Origin: Utricularia gibba | Taxonomy: Eukaryota; Plantae; Magnoliophyta | Assembly (NCBI GenBank): GCA_002189035.1 | Contig: NEEC01000011.1 | Span: 3,100,001-3,164,000 of the forward strand | DNA length: 64,000 nt | Direction: 5' to 3' | Shown here: positions 1 through 11,552 of the stretch, in pieces | Layout of the letters: each line of letters begins with the position of its first letter | Numbering within the stretch: position 1 is the stretch's first letter | Made by a program: the position numbers and the translations under genes | Notes under the pieces: model-generated | What the model was told of the DNA's origin: nothing | The model's database searches: none | The model's input: the letters and a program-made list of their open reading frames with translations, nothing else

Positions 1-137
1 AATTACAGCTTATAAAAGACTGTATGATTTGACTGCTTGTTCTGCTGTTTACGTTGGTGTCATTGCTCCTGCATATATGTGTCTATCTCAATATAGACAA
101 CACGTGCTTTAATGACACTTTCTGATATCTTTTGCAG

Positions 138-2068
138 TATGATGCTTTTGATTTAGGTTTTATTACAACTGATGATTTTACTAATGCTGATATTCTGGAA
201 GCAACTTATCCAGCAGTTGCTAAGAGATTGCATGAAGATTGGAACTGTGATCCTGCTATTCCTGTTGTGACTGGCTTCCTCGGCAAGGTTGTTGCCTTTT
301 GTATTTGGGATTCTCATACTCTACTGATGAATTCCTATAAAGCAATGATAATTACAATTCTTTTAGGGTTGCAAAAGTTGTGCGATTACTACTCTTGGGA
401 GAGGTGGTAGTGATTTGACTGCAACCGCAATTGGTAAAGCGTTAGGGTTAAGAGAAATCCAGGTGTGCATTGAGTTATACTTTGCCATCCCCCTGTGTTT
501 ATTTTCCATCTTGACCAAAGATCCGGTTTCTGTTTTATTTAATATGTTTGGAGCTTCTCCTTCTTATGTGCAAATGGCTCTGGATATTGCATGCCACAAA
601 TGGATGCATTTGATGGTAGATTTACAGTATATACATTTGTGTTCTAGGTCTGGAAAGATGTGGATGGCGTTTTAACCTGTGACCCAAATATCTGTTCCGC
701 TGCAACACCAGTGCCCATTCTAACCTTTGAAGAGGCAGCTGAGCTGGCTTACTTTGGCGGACAGGTATCAGATTTTTTCATTTCATTTTTTATGGTTTCT
801 GATTGTCCAGGTCTTTCATTACAGGGATATGTTGCATGTTGAGATCTGGTGGCATATATTATTTTTGTCTAAGTGGTTCATCAAGCAAGTTGATGGGCAT
901 ATAGGAACCTTTAGTTTTATATTAAGTAAGTTGATTCCACAGCAACTTGCTTAATTTTATGTTAAGTGGTTCATTCACCTTTAAGACATGATAGACTGAT
1001 CTAATGAGTTTGATTCTCCTTTTTTTTGATATATTCAAATTTAATTTTATCTCTTCGGTTTTGTAGGTCCTCCATCCACAGTCCATGAGACCTGCCAGGG
1101 AGGGTGATGTCCCAGTTCGAGTAAAAAATTCTTACAATCCTAGAGCTCCAGGAACTCTAATTACCAGAGAAAGAGACATTAGTAAGGTTAGGTGTTGTAC
1201 GTGCTCTGAGAGGAAGGCCTGGTCACATGAAATTATCAAACCGTGTTGCTCTTTCTGCTGCTCAGGCTGTACTTACCAGCATCGTGCTCAAGCGGAATGT
1301 GACGATGTTGGACATAGTGAGTACTAGAATGCTTGGTCAAGTGGGATTCCTTGCCAAGGTTGGTCTAGTTAAACAAATTTCCAGTTTCTGAATGCAGCTA
1401 TTTATTTAATGGGCTCATGTACTGGATCAGGTGTTCTCAATCTTTGAAGATCTGGGGATCTCTGTTGATGTTGTCGCCACTAGTGAAGTTAGCATATCCT
1501 TGACGCTGGATCCTTCCAAGCTTTGGAGTCGAGAGCTGATTCAACAGGCAAGCACTTTTTTTTTTTTAATGATGGATTCACTCAAACGTATGCGTTTCTT
1601 GTTTCAAATGCAAGTGTGAAACCATGATAGAAAAGCTTCTCAGTATGCCACTCCACAGCTTCCCTCAATTAAACAATTTTGATCAGGAACTCGATCACAT
1701 GAAGGAAGACCTAAAAAAGATTGCTGATGTAAAACTCAAGCAGCATATGTCTATAATCTCTCTCATTGGAAACGTTGATAAATCCTCACTTATACTCGAA
1801 AAGGTACTTGCTTCTTTGAATGGTCAAGACAATCCCTTGTTTTATCATCCTCACTGATTTTGTCGATGAGCAGGCGTTCCATGTCTTCCGGATGATGGGT
1901 GTCAACGTTCAGATGATCTCCCAGGGCGCATCTAAAGTGAATATATCGTTGATAGTGGAGAATAAAGAAGCAGAAAACTGTGTTAGAGCGTTGCACTCAG
2001 CCTTCTTTGAAGGCAATCCGCCAGAGCTTGTTCAGTCATTTGGACATCGAAATGGTGCCCTGAGCTAA
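138..2068 (+). CDS. AK: Monofunctional lysine-sensitive aspartate kinase, 3' part (7 exons in window; 5' end outside window)
   Basis: Spliced translation gives [61 protein letters not shown] and ACT-domain [17 protein letters not shown]; stop TAA at 2066-2068; one GC-AG intron at 1548-1686. Confidence 0.95.
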
Positions 2069-2606
2069 GTTGATGCACACCAAACACACCAGGATCTCAT
2101 TTGTGGAGCTCAAATGCCTTGCAATTTTCCATTCACCATTCGTCGTGCTTCATCATGTCATATAGTAACATAGACCGTTGTTGAGATGCATCATCGTCTC
2201 CCGGAATTTTTGTTGCAGTGTATTCTGATTTATGACCATTTATGGTTGTGAAGCATAGAAACCATTACGAAAGAAAAGATTTTTGAAGATGGGAGTTGAG
2301 AAGTTACCAAATCTAAGATGTACAGAGAAAATTAATCACTTAAGACGCAGAATCCGAGTATCCGACCTGTGAGATATTACAGTGATTCTTGTGGGTTCGC
2401 CACGTGCTCCTCAGAAGGCCGTGCAAGCAAAGCTATCCGCCATATCTGATTGCTGAAGCTTCCGCAGCTTAGAGGGGAGTGGACGAAGAATGTGTTTTGT
2501 TGTTGAACTTCAGTTATCTACAAAAACGAGATAAGAACCGCCGGGGTTTTGGAGTTTGTTGCACCTCTGCAGCAATGCCACCGGGGGTGTCGTCACTTGT
2601 GGGTTT

Positions 2607-5600
2607 ATGTTCGCGGATGCGGTTTCATGGTTTCCTTTATCTCCGGGTTTCAACAGAACCTGGGAATGCCGCAGAAACCACAGTTTTTTAGTTGGATTCA
2701 AGGTAAGGGCTCGTGGGGTTTTGCCTTCATCGCCGTGGTCACCTCCGACGGACGTCCACAGTAATGGCGTTTCTGTCCCGTCCAAAATTTGGAGTCCATC
2801 GGAGTCCGGGAAGCAAGATTCCATATCGATCCTTATTGATAGGATTCGGAGGGAGCAGAGGAAAAGAGAAAATTTGCCATCGAGGTTGACGATGGGTTCC
2901 GATGAAGCTGAAAGGTATATTCATTTGGTGAAGGAACAGCAGCAGAAAGGATTGCAGAAGCTTAAGGGGGAGAGGAGTGGAACTGGGAGTGGCGGCTTCG
3001 GTTACAAGGTGAATCCGTATAGTCTCAATTCGGGGGATTACGTTGTGCACAGAAAATATGGAATTGGGCAGTTTGTTAGCATCAAGTTTGATGTTTCCAA
3101 GTCATCATCTGAGCCCATGGAGTATGTGTTCATTGAGTATGCTGATGGGATGGCCAAACTGCCGGTTAAACAGGCATCTCGCTTGCTCTACCGCTATAAT
3201 CTGTATGTTTTTCCTTCGCATGATTATACATTTTTGGTTATATTGTTTTAGAAAACATGTTCCTTGATTAAAAAATCAGTTTTCGAACGCACTCATTAAC
3301 GTTTTACTTTCTGCTTTCTTTCAGTCCAAATGAAACTAAGAAGCCTAGAACATTAAGTAAGTTGAATGATACAAGTGCTTGGGAAAGGAGAAGAATGAAG
3401 GGAAAAGTTGTTGTACAGAAAATGGTTGTTGACCTCATGGAGTTGTACTTGCACAGGCTAAAGCAAAGACGACCTCCATATCCTAAAGTTTCGGCCATGG
3501 CTGAATTTGTGTCTCAGTTTCCTTATGAGCCAACTCCAGATCAAGGGCAGGTAATCAAAATCTTCTCTCTGTAAAGTGATAGTCTTTCAGTTTTATTGCT
3601 GACAGAAGTTGTTCACAATTCACTTGATATGGTACCATTGGAAAAAATGAAACCTACCCATGTTACGAAAGTTCTTTACCATTTCTATGTGTATTTGTCT
3701 AGGTACTTCCCTTTTAAAACATCTCTACCTGGCCCTCACTATTTTGGTAATGGATATTCTAGTAGGCCTTTATGGATGTGGAGAGGGATTTGACCGAGAG
3801 AGAAAACCCAATGGATCGATTGATCTGTGGGGATGTTGGCTTTGGTAAAACTGAAGTTGCCTTGCGGGCCATATTTCTTGTGGTCTCAGCAGGCAAGCAG
3901 GCTATGGTTTTGTCTCCTACAATTGTCCTCGCAAAACAGCACTTTGATGTTATCTCTGAGCGGTTTCATAGATATCAAAACATCAAGGTTGGGCTTCTAA
4001 GCAGGTTCCAGGTATGAGTGTTCTGTGTTGTGATTTCATCTATTAGAGGGAAAATTTGCCCTGGGTAGTTGATATGGTTGTCAGAGTACTGTTGCTTCTT
4101 GTGCAAAATAATAGATTTCTTTGTATGTTGTTTTAATGGTTTTTTTAAAAAAATCATTATTTTTTTTATGTTGCGTAAATGTAATGAAGTGCTTTGCCAC
4201 TTACGCACAATGATATTTTCGATTTTACAAAGACCAAGTCCGAGAAGGAGAAGCAAATACAGATGATTAAAAGTGGTGATCTGCACATAATTGTGGGAAC
4301 TCATGCATTGCTAGGTGATGATGTTGTTTACAGCAAACTTGGCCTTCTTGTTGTTGATGAGGAGCAGGTTAGCAATCCTTCTTATTCGTTATAGATATCT
4401 TAATTTTTTTGACCCTCACCCCCATGGTTTTTTCTGACCCTCATTGTGGGAGAAATAAAAGGCTTACTCTTGCTAAGTTGTTTGCTCCCCTTGCGTTTTT
4501 TTCTTAAGAATGACTTGTTTTCCACAATTTTTGTTTTTGAAAATCAATAATGGTAAAAACTGTGTTCTCCCCTCTCTGTGTTACAGAGATTTGGCGTAAA
4601 GCAGAAAGAGAAGATTGCTTCACTGAAAACTTCTGTTGATGTTCTTACACTTTCTGCGACACCTATTCCAAGAACATTGTATTTGGCATTAACAGGGTTC
4701 CGAGATGCCAGGTAATGCTGATTGTAGGGGAGGATTTAGTAAATTATTGCATCTTGAACCACGGAATGTTCGAATACATAAATTATTGCTGCAAGAACTG
4801 ATGGTGGTTTCACGTGTGAATAATACATTTATGTCTGCTTTCTTTTCCTGATTGCAGCCTGATAACAACTCCACCTCCAGAGAGAGTTCCAATTATAACA
4901 CATCTCTCAGCATACACGGAAGAAAAAGTTATTTATGCTGTGAAGCGTGAGTTGGATCGTGGAGGACAAGTTTTTTATGTTTTACCTCGCATAAAGGGTT
5001 AGTGAGTCTCTTCTATAAATCGGTCGCCTGCTTACATTCATATGTGGACTATAGCTTTTTTTTTTTTTTTTTTTTGTTTCAAGGTCTTGAAGATGTCCGG
5101 GACTTTCTGGAACTATCGTTTCCCAACGTTGAAATTTCAATTGCTCATGGAAAGGTGGCTTTACTCCCTTTAGCTTTAAACACTTGTGCTCAGAATCCAT
5201 GTTTTTGTAAAAGCACTGCTCAGTGACAAGTGGATGCACAAAATTTGTGCCCTAATTGCTTATTTTCATCACGTTTCTGATGCCACAGCAATACTCAAAG
5301 GAGCTTGAAGAGACAATGGAGAGGTTTGCTCTGGGGCATATTAAGATTTTGATCTGTACAAATATAGTCGAAAGTGGTCTGGATATTCAAAATGCAAACA
5401 CCATTATAATTCAGGATGTTCAACAATTTGGTCTTGCACAGCTGTATCAGGTTTTCTATCTCCTTGGTGTTTTATCTGTTCTTGAGATGCCTTGAGCGCA
5501 TATTTGGATATCAACTTTTTCAAGTTCCGGAAAATGTTTTGCAAACAACAAATATGCGAGCAATATTGAACTTCTATTAGCTTTATTAAATGTAGTCATT

Positions 5601-6933
5601 CGGTTTTCTTTTTTTTCAATCCTAGCTTCGTGGAAGAGTAGGCCGAGCAGACAAAGAGGCTCATGCATTCTTGTTTTACCCAGACAAGTCGCTTCTTTCT
5701 GATGAAGCACGTGTAAGTTCATCCTTTTTTTCATTTCCATCAGCTACAGCATTTCAGTTAGGTATGTCGATCTTGTGAGAGTAAGGTTTCGTTGACATGG
5801 GGTTCTTTCTTCATATGGCTTTCTTTCGTAATGAAAGGGAACAATGTGAATCTTGCTACAACCTCTGTCATTCAATGGCCATGAATAATCATCAATTGCA
5901 AATCAACACTTGCAGGATAGGCTTGCTGCCCTAGAAGAATGTCAAGAACTTGGCCAAGGTTTTCACCTTGCCGAGAAGGATATGGGTATTCGAGGCTTCG
6001 GTAATATTTTTGGTGAGCAACAAACAGGGGATGTAGGGAATGTTGGGATCGATCTCTTCTTTGAAATGCTCTTTGAGAGTCTTTCCAAGGTACTAAGATC
6101 CTTTTGTTTTCATGGTATCAGTGGCTCCTTTTGAGTTTGAAAATTATTAGTATTTGTCAAAGATGCATTATGGAGTTTTTTGTTTTTTTGTTTCCTGACA
6201 TCAGGTACATGAGCACCGTTTGGTTTCTGTCCCATATGATTCAGTACAGGTATAACTTTCAATCATTACAAGTTTGTTTTGAAGTGGCTACTGCTTATTT
6301 GTTAAGAAGCAATGAATAGAATACAGGATACCAGCATTTCACTAGATTCATCAATGATTATATTTTCATTTGCTTTTCTATACAGATTGATGTGCATTTG
6401 AATCCCCATTTGCCATCCGAATACATAAATTATTTGGAGAATCCGTTGGAGACAATGAATGAAGCTGAGAAGGCTGCTGAAAAGGATATCTGGAACTTGA
6501 TTCGATTCACAGAAACTCTGCGACAACAATATGGGAAAGAGCCTTACTCTATGGAAATATTTTTGAAGAAGTTATACATCAGGAGAATGGCTGCTGATTT
6601 AGGTATAATTAAAATCTCAGCTTCTGGGAAGATGGTTTTCATGAAAACCAAGATCAACAAAGAGGTTTTCAAGATAATGGCAGAGTCTATGCCATCTGAA
6701 ACACATCGAAATTGTCTTTTTTACGAGGATGGATGGATCAAAGTATGTGGAACTTTCCCTGCTTACCATTTTTGTCTGAATACATGATTTCCCTTCTGAT
6801 GTTTACCTGATTCACTTTTTTTGTCATTTAGGGTGAACTTCTGTTTGAACTGCCAAGAGAACAGTTGCTCAACTGGATCTTCCAGTGCTTGGCTGAACTA
6901 TATAATGCTCTACCAGCTTTGATTAAGTACTAG
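2607..6933 (+). CDS. Plastid ATP-dependent DNA helicase, Mfd/TRCF-like (At3g02060 type), 13 exons
   Basis: CarD-like N-domain ([12 protein letters not shown]), Walker [53 protein letters not shown]. All GT-AG junctions join in frame. First in-frame ATG at 2607 precedes a transit-peptide-like segment; TAG at 6931-6933. Confidence 0.93.
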
Positions 6934-7334
6934 GAACAGGTTAACAGTTCCCTTATGGCTCGATGGCGCTGAATGCAGCTCTGGGAATAGCTTTGAGCGG
7001 CCATGCACAGATACATTCATGAAGGCAATCTCTTCGTGGGTTGTAACCAGAGACTCCGGGGTTCGCCTCCAGTTTTTGCATTAATTCGCTTGTACTGACA
7101 TTCAATACAAATGTTTTGAGAATTTTTTTTTCCTTGAGTTGATTCGGCTTTCTATGGAATCAACACCTTGAAATACATTGCTGTAACAAAATTGGGTTCG
7201 CTGTATTTCTCATTTATGCAGTAGACTAGCATCTAAAATGAACCATCATACTGCCTCGATATGCCTCAAGCAAGCATGCGCGTATACCCCACGAATAGAA
7301 AAGAGACGGGGAACCTGGGTCAGCAATATCATTA

Positions 7335-9316
7335 TCACCGGACTCTTGGTTTGCTATCCCAGATATCTCTGGCCTCTAGAAGTTGCGGGCAGTATCGTTG
7401 AGCCAAGACTTCGACTTGTTCAGCGAATGACTTGATTCCATGGTGACCAATATGTAGAACCATTTGATTCCAGCGTTTCCTGCATATATCTCCTGATCTG
7501 TGTTCAATGAGGTCATCCCAGTTCACATCTTCCAAGCAATTTGCATCCAAAGTGTAAAGCTCAGTGAGAAGGCGATAGTCATCAGCATCTGACCACAAGC
7601 CTTGAGCCACCATTGGAGATGTTAGCTGGTCATACCACTTTATACAGCAAACTGGTTGAGACCGCGTTTCCAACACATCACTAATCGCTGTCCAGCATAT
7701 GTTGTCACGCAACATTCCATGCTTAGATAGCTTCTCCTCGGAAACTTTCTTTTGTAGATCAACATTCACTAGATCAAATAGTTTCTGATACTCTTCCTGG
7801 GACCAATGACCTTTTTTCGTGTTTTGAAGCTTTATTCTACGCCATGTATCTTTGACATGAAATCGGTGCATCCCAATTTCATCTGCAAACGACTTCCACT
7901 CATTCCCATGTTCTTTTTGGTGGTTCAGAAGCATTTGATACTCTTCTTCAGTCCATTTATGGGTCTCTGATCGTCGGAAAAGAATTTGGGCACGGTAATA
8001 AATAGCTCCTTTCGGTCTATAAGGTATAGCCAATCCTATTTCTTTCCAACAACCCTTAGCTTCGGGATGTTTCCTGCAGTTCAAAACCATTTCTAGACCA
8101 TTCTCACCTAAGTTATGCTCCTCTATATAATCATAAACAGCTTGCTTCACAATCTCATCTTCTTCTTTTGTAAAACGCTTGCCTCGCAAAAGCCCATCTT
8201 CTCCAATTGACTCATCATTCAAGGTGACAGGAATGGGATGTATCTGTACCTCATCGGAAAACCTCACCTTCTTATTACTCTTACTAGCTGCAGAGCTATT
8301 GTTCGCGTCCTTCACTATTTTTTTGTCTCTCTGTTTCTTCAAAAGCGTATCACCTGTATTTGCACTATCAACATCAACTACTTTCTTTCTCCGCTTCTTA
8401 TCCCTTCCATGATGTTCTAGTTCATCACTTGGAATTTTATCATAGTTTCCTGACCCATCTATATGGAAATCTTTCTCAGCAGGCGAGAGATTATCTTTCT
8501 TTCTCTCTCTGTTTTTATGCTTTTTATTTCTCTTGAGCTTCTCTGTGGCTTCTCCATCATGTTTATGCTTCTTTTCTTTTGATTCCATTTCCACTCTCTT
8601 CCTCTTCCTCTTCTTCTCCTTCTTAGAGGGTTTCTCACCTTCTCCTACATTGACCAAAGTCATACTAACCAGATCCTTCTCAACTGGGCCATCATGATCA
8701 TTACCACTTTTTAGCACTTTGTTCCTTTTCAAGCCATGATCCTTCTTATGCTTGTTTATATCTCCCAGAGACTGTTCCCCCAGATTATCACCATACTTCT
8801 GGTTGCTAGCTTCTTTTCTTGCCACACTTTTACCGTTGCTTTCCCCTAAAAATTCATCAGTGCCGGAACAATCCTTATTCTTTTTCCTTTTCTTCTTCTT
8901 CTTAGCCAGTTCATCACTGACCACACTTGCATTCACCGAATCCTTCTGAACCGCGGTATCAAGAACATCACTTCTTCTCAGTTTCTTAATCTTTTTCTTA
9001 CCGTGTACCATTTTCGCACTAGAATCATGAGCCCCAGTTCGTTTATTTACATCTCTCTGAGGCAGTTTTTCAACTTCATTACCAAACCCCTTGCCCCTAT
9101 CTTCCTTTCTCGCCGCACTGTCAATGTTACTTTCCCCATTGTAGCGATCCACAACTCCGGGAGAATCAGCATGACCATCTTTCTTTTTCCCCTTCTTCTT
9201 ATCTCGCGACTTCACCTTCACACTCGCGTCCGCATTAAGCTCCACTGCTCTTGAATCCGCAAATGCCTCTTGGCTATCGCTTCCTTTCCCCCCTCCACCG
9301 CTCTTCTACCACCCAT
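7335..9316 (-). CDS. REB1/TTF1-like Myb-repeat protein (RNA polymerase I termination factor-like), intronless CDS with anomalous start
   Basis: 636-codon ORF with a long Lys-rich N-half and C-terminal Myb repeats (GKRFTKEED, KWTEEE, GHWSQEEY, CIKWYDQL, CRKRWNQM). The ATG at 9316 is out of frame with the ORF (see findings). Confidence 0.85.
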
Positions 9317-9468
9317 ACCTGCTATTGTAACAACTAAAGCATCTAACGCCCCTCAATGGCTTCGCTACTAATCGGGCGTCCAAGAACGACAGGAACCAAC
9401 AATTCCGAAATGCTTACCAGGCAGATGACGATCACCCCCGACGATCGCGAAAATCCCGTCTGCAATTT

Positions 9469-9537
9469 AACCCTAAACTTCATTTGGGCCTCTCAGAGGC
9501 CTTCCAATTCAGACATCAGACCCAACTATGTGGCCCA
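9469..9537. promoter_or_regulatory. Telo-box plus site II elements in the divergent TTF1-like/UGT promoter
   Basis: AACCCTAAA at 9469-9477, TGGGCC at 9485-9490 and GGCCCA at 9532-9537. This combination is typical of ribosome-biogenesis genes. Confidence 0.55.
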
Positions 9538-9775
9538 TTTCAAGGTAACCCCTTCCTCTTTCAAGAACCCTAAATTACACATTAATACTACATTTTAGCC
9601 TTTATTCGATTTTGACCCCACAAATGAATTCATTCTTCCACTCCTTGTTGGCAACGCAAGCCACCATACATTCAGTCAACATCGCCATCTACCTGTTCAT
9701 CTTCTTCTTCTTCTTCTTCTTCTTTCTTCATCTTCATCAGTTCTCAACACAGAGCCTCGAGTAACCAGAGCAAAA

Positions 9776-11251
9776 ATGGCTAAAAATCCCCACGTACTCA
9801 TCATCCCTTTCCCTCTCCAAGGCCACTTGAATCCCATATTGCACCTGTGCGCTCGTCTCCTCGCCGGAGGAGTCCGTCTCACGATGCTCGCGACTCCCCA
9901 TCTCAAAATACCCTCCCTGGGAATCATCGATCAGATCAATGTCCACATCCTAGAAGATGAAGCCAATGCGAAAACAGCGGCGCCGCAAAAGGATTCCGAC
10001 TTGATCAAGATGTTGGCTGAAAGCTTCAGGGCTTCTGTCACCAAAGGCTTCCATGGAGTCATCGACGAGCATGGTACGGATTCTAACTCCGCATTCAAAG
10101 CTGTAATCTACGACTCGGTTACTCCGTGGGTCCTGGACTTGGCTCATGAGCATGGGATAAAAGGGGCGGTGCTTTTCACTCAAGCTTGTGGGGTGTCCTC
10201 TGTTTACTACCATGTGAGTCGTCGGAGCTTGCAGGTTCCGGGGGACGATGCGTCGGTGATCAAGCTTCCGTCGTTGCCGGATATGAACCGGAGAGACTTG
10301 CCGTATTTCGTGTATGATATGGAGTCATTTCCTTTCATTTTGGATGCTCTGTTGGGGCAATTCTCCAGGTTCGGGAAGGAGGATTGGCGTCTGATCAACA
10401 CTTTCGATGAGATTGAACATCAGGTAAGATCTGATAGCACCTTTCGGTTATCTTCATCTTGGATCGATCCATCATTCGCTCCTGTTGCGTAGGAAATCGA
10501 TTGGTTATCGAGCAAAGCTAAGATTCTTGCCGTCGGGCCGATCATTCCTACCTCCAGCACATTGCTAGAAGACGATCATTCTTGCATCAAATGGCTGGAC
10601 CAGAAACAGGAAAACTCTGTGATCTACATATCGTTCGGGACGGCAGCCGATGTGCCGCAAAAGCAAATCGAAGAACTCCTCGACGCCGTGAAACAGCTCG
10701 GCATCGATTTCTTGTGGTCGGCACGAGATAGCGAGCAGGAGAAGTTCCCGGCTGATTTCGCATCGGATCAAGGTTAGCTCACAAAGCTCCCTTTATATCA
10801 TTCGATGATCCAGTAACCGTTCATAGAATTCATACCTAAAATTGTGCAACGACGTGAAGGTCTTCTCGTGAACTGGTGTCCGCAGACACGAGTGCTCTCT
10901 CACAAGGCGGTTGCATGCTTCGTCACGCACGGCGGCTGGAATTCCACTCTAGAAGCGATTTGTTCCGGAGTTCCGATGGTTGTTGTTCCGCAATGGGGAG
11001 ACCAGACAATGAACGCAAAGCTGATCGCTGATGTGTGGCGGATCGGAGTCCGCGTTAAGTGCGACCGCGCACATATAATCGGAAGTGATGAGGTTGCGAC
11101 GGCGATAGGGCACATCCTGCAAGGAGAAAGCGCGGCAGAGATAAGAAGAAACGCGGCGAGGATGAAAGAGTTAGCTTTAGGAGCGATCGCGGAAGGAGGG
11201 AGCTCCGACCGGAACATGGCTGAGTTTTTGGATGGGCTTTTGAGCACTTGA
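9776..11251 (+). CDS. UDP-glycosyltransferase, group L (UGT74-like), 3 exons (9776-10423, 10493-10772, 10860-11251)
   Basis: N-terminal PFPLQGHLNP (catalytic His), VIYDSVTPW, and PSPG box WCPQTRVLSHKAVACFVTHGGWNSTLEAICSGVPMVVVPQWGDQ. Confidence 0.9.
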
Positions 11252-11552
11252 GATCAGCAAGTTCAAGATACCTTGGAGCCGAGATCATACTCATCATAGA
11301 CCATTAATCTATCATAATCAACACTTTCTGTTGAAACGAGAATTCCCTAATCCTATGCATACAGTGGTATAAATCTACAGTATGTGTGTTACCTATGTTT
11401 CCACCGGCCGGCCGACTTGCGCCTGCTGCTGCCTTTTCCGGCGACACCCATATCGTTAAGAGGGGGCACAGTGTTGGCAACCAGAGAGGTTGAGGTGGTG
11501 GGTGAGGGTAAGGACTCATCTCCTAGAACTTACATGCAGCTAACTGATAGTA

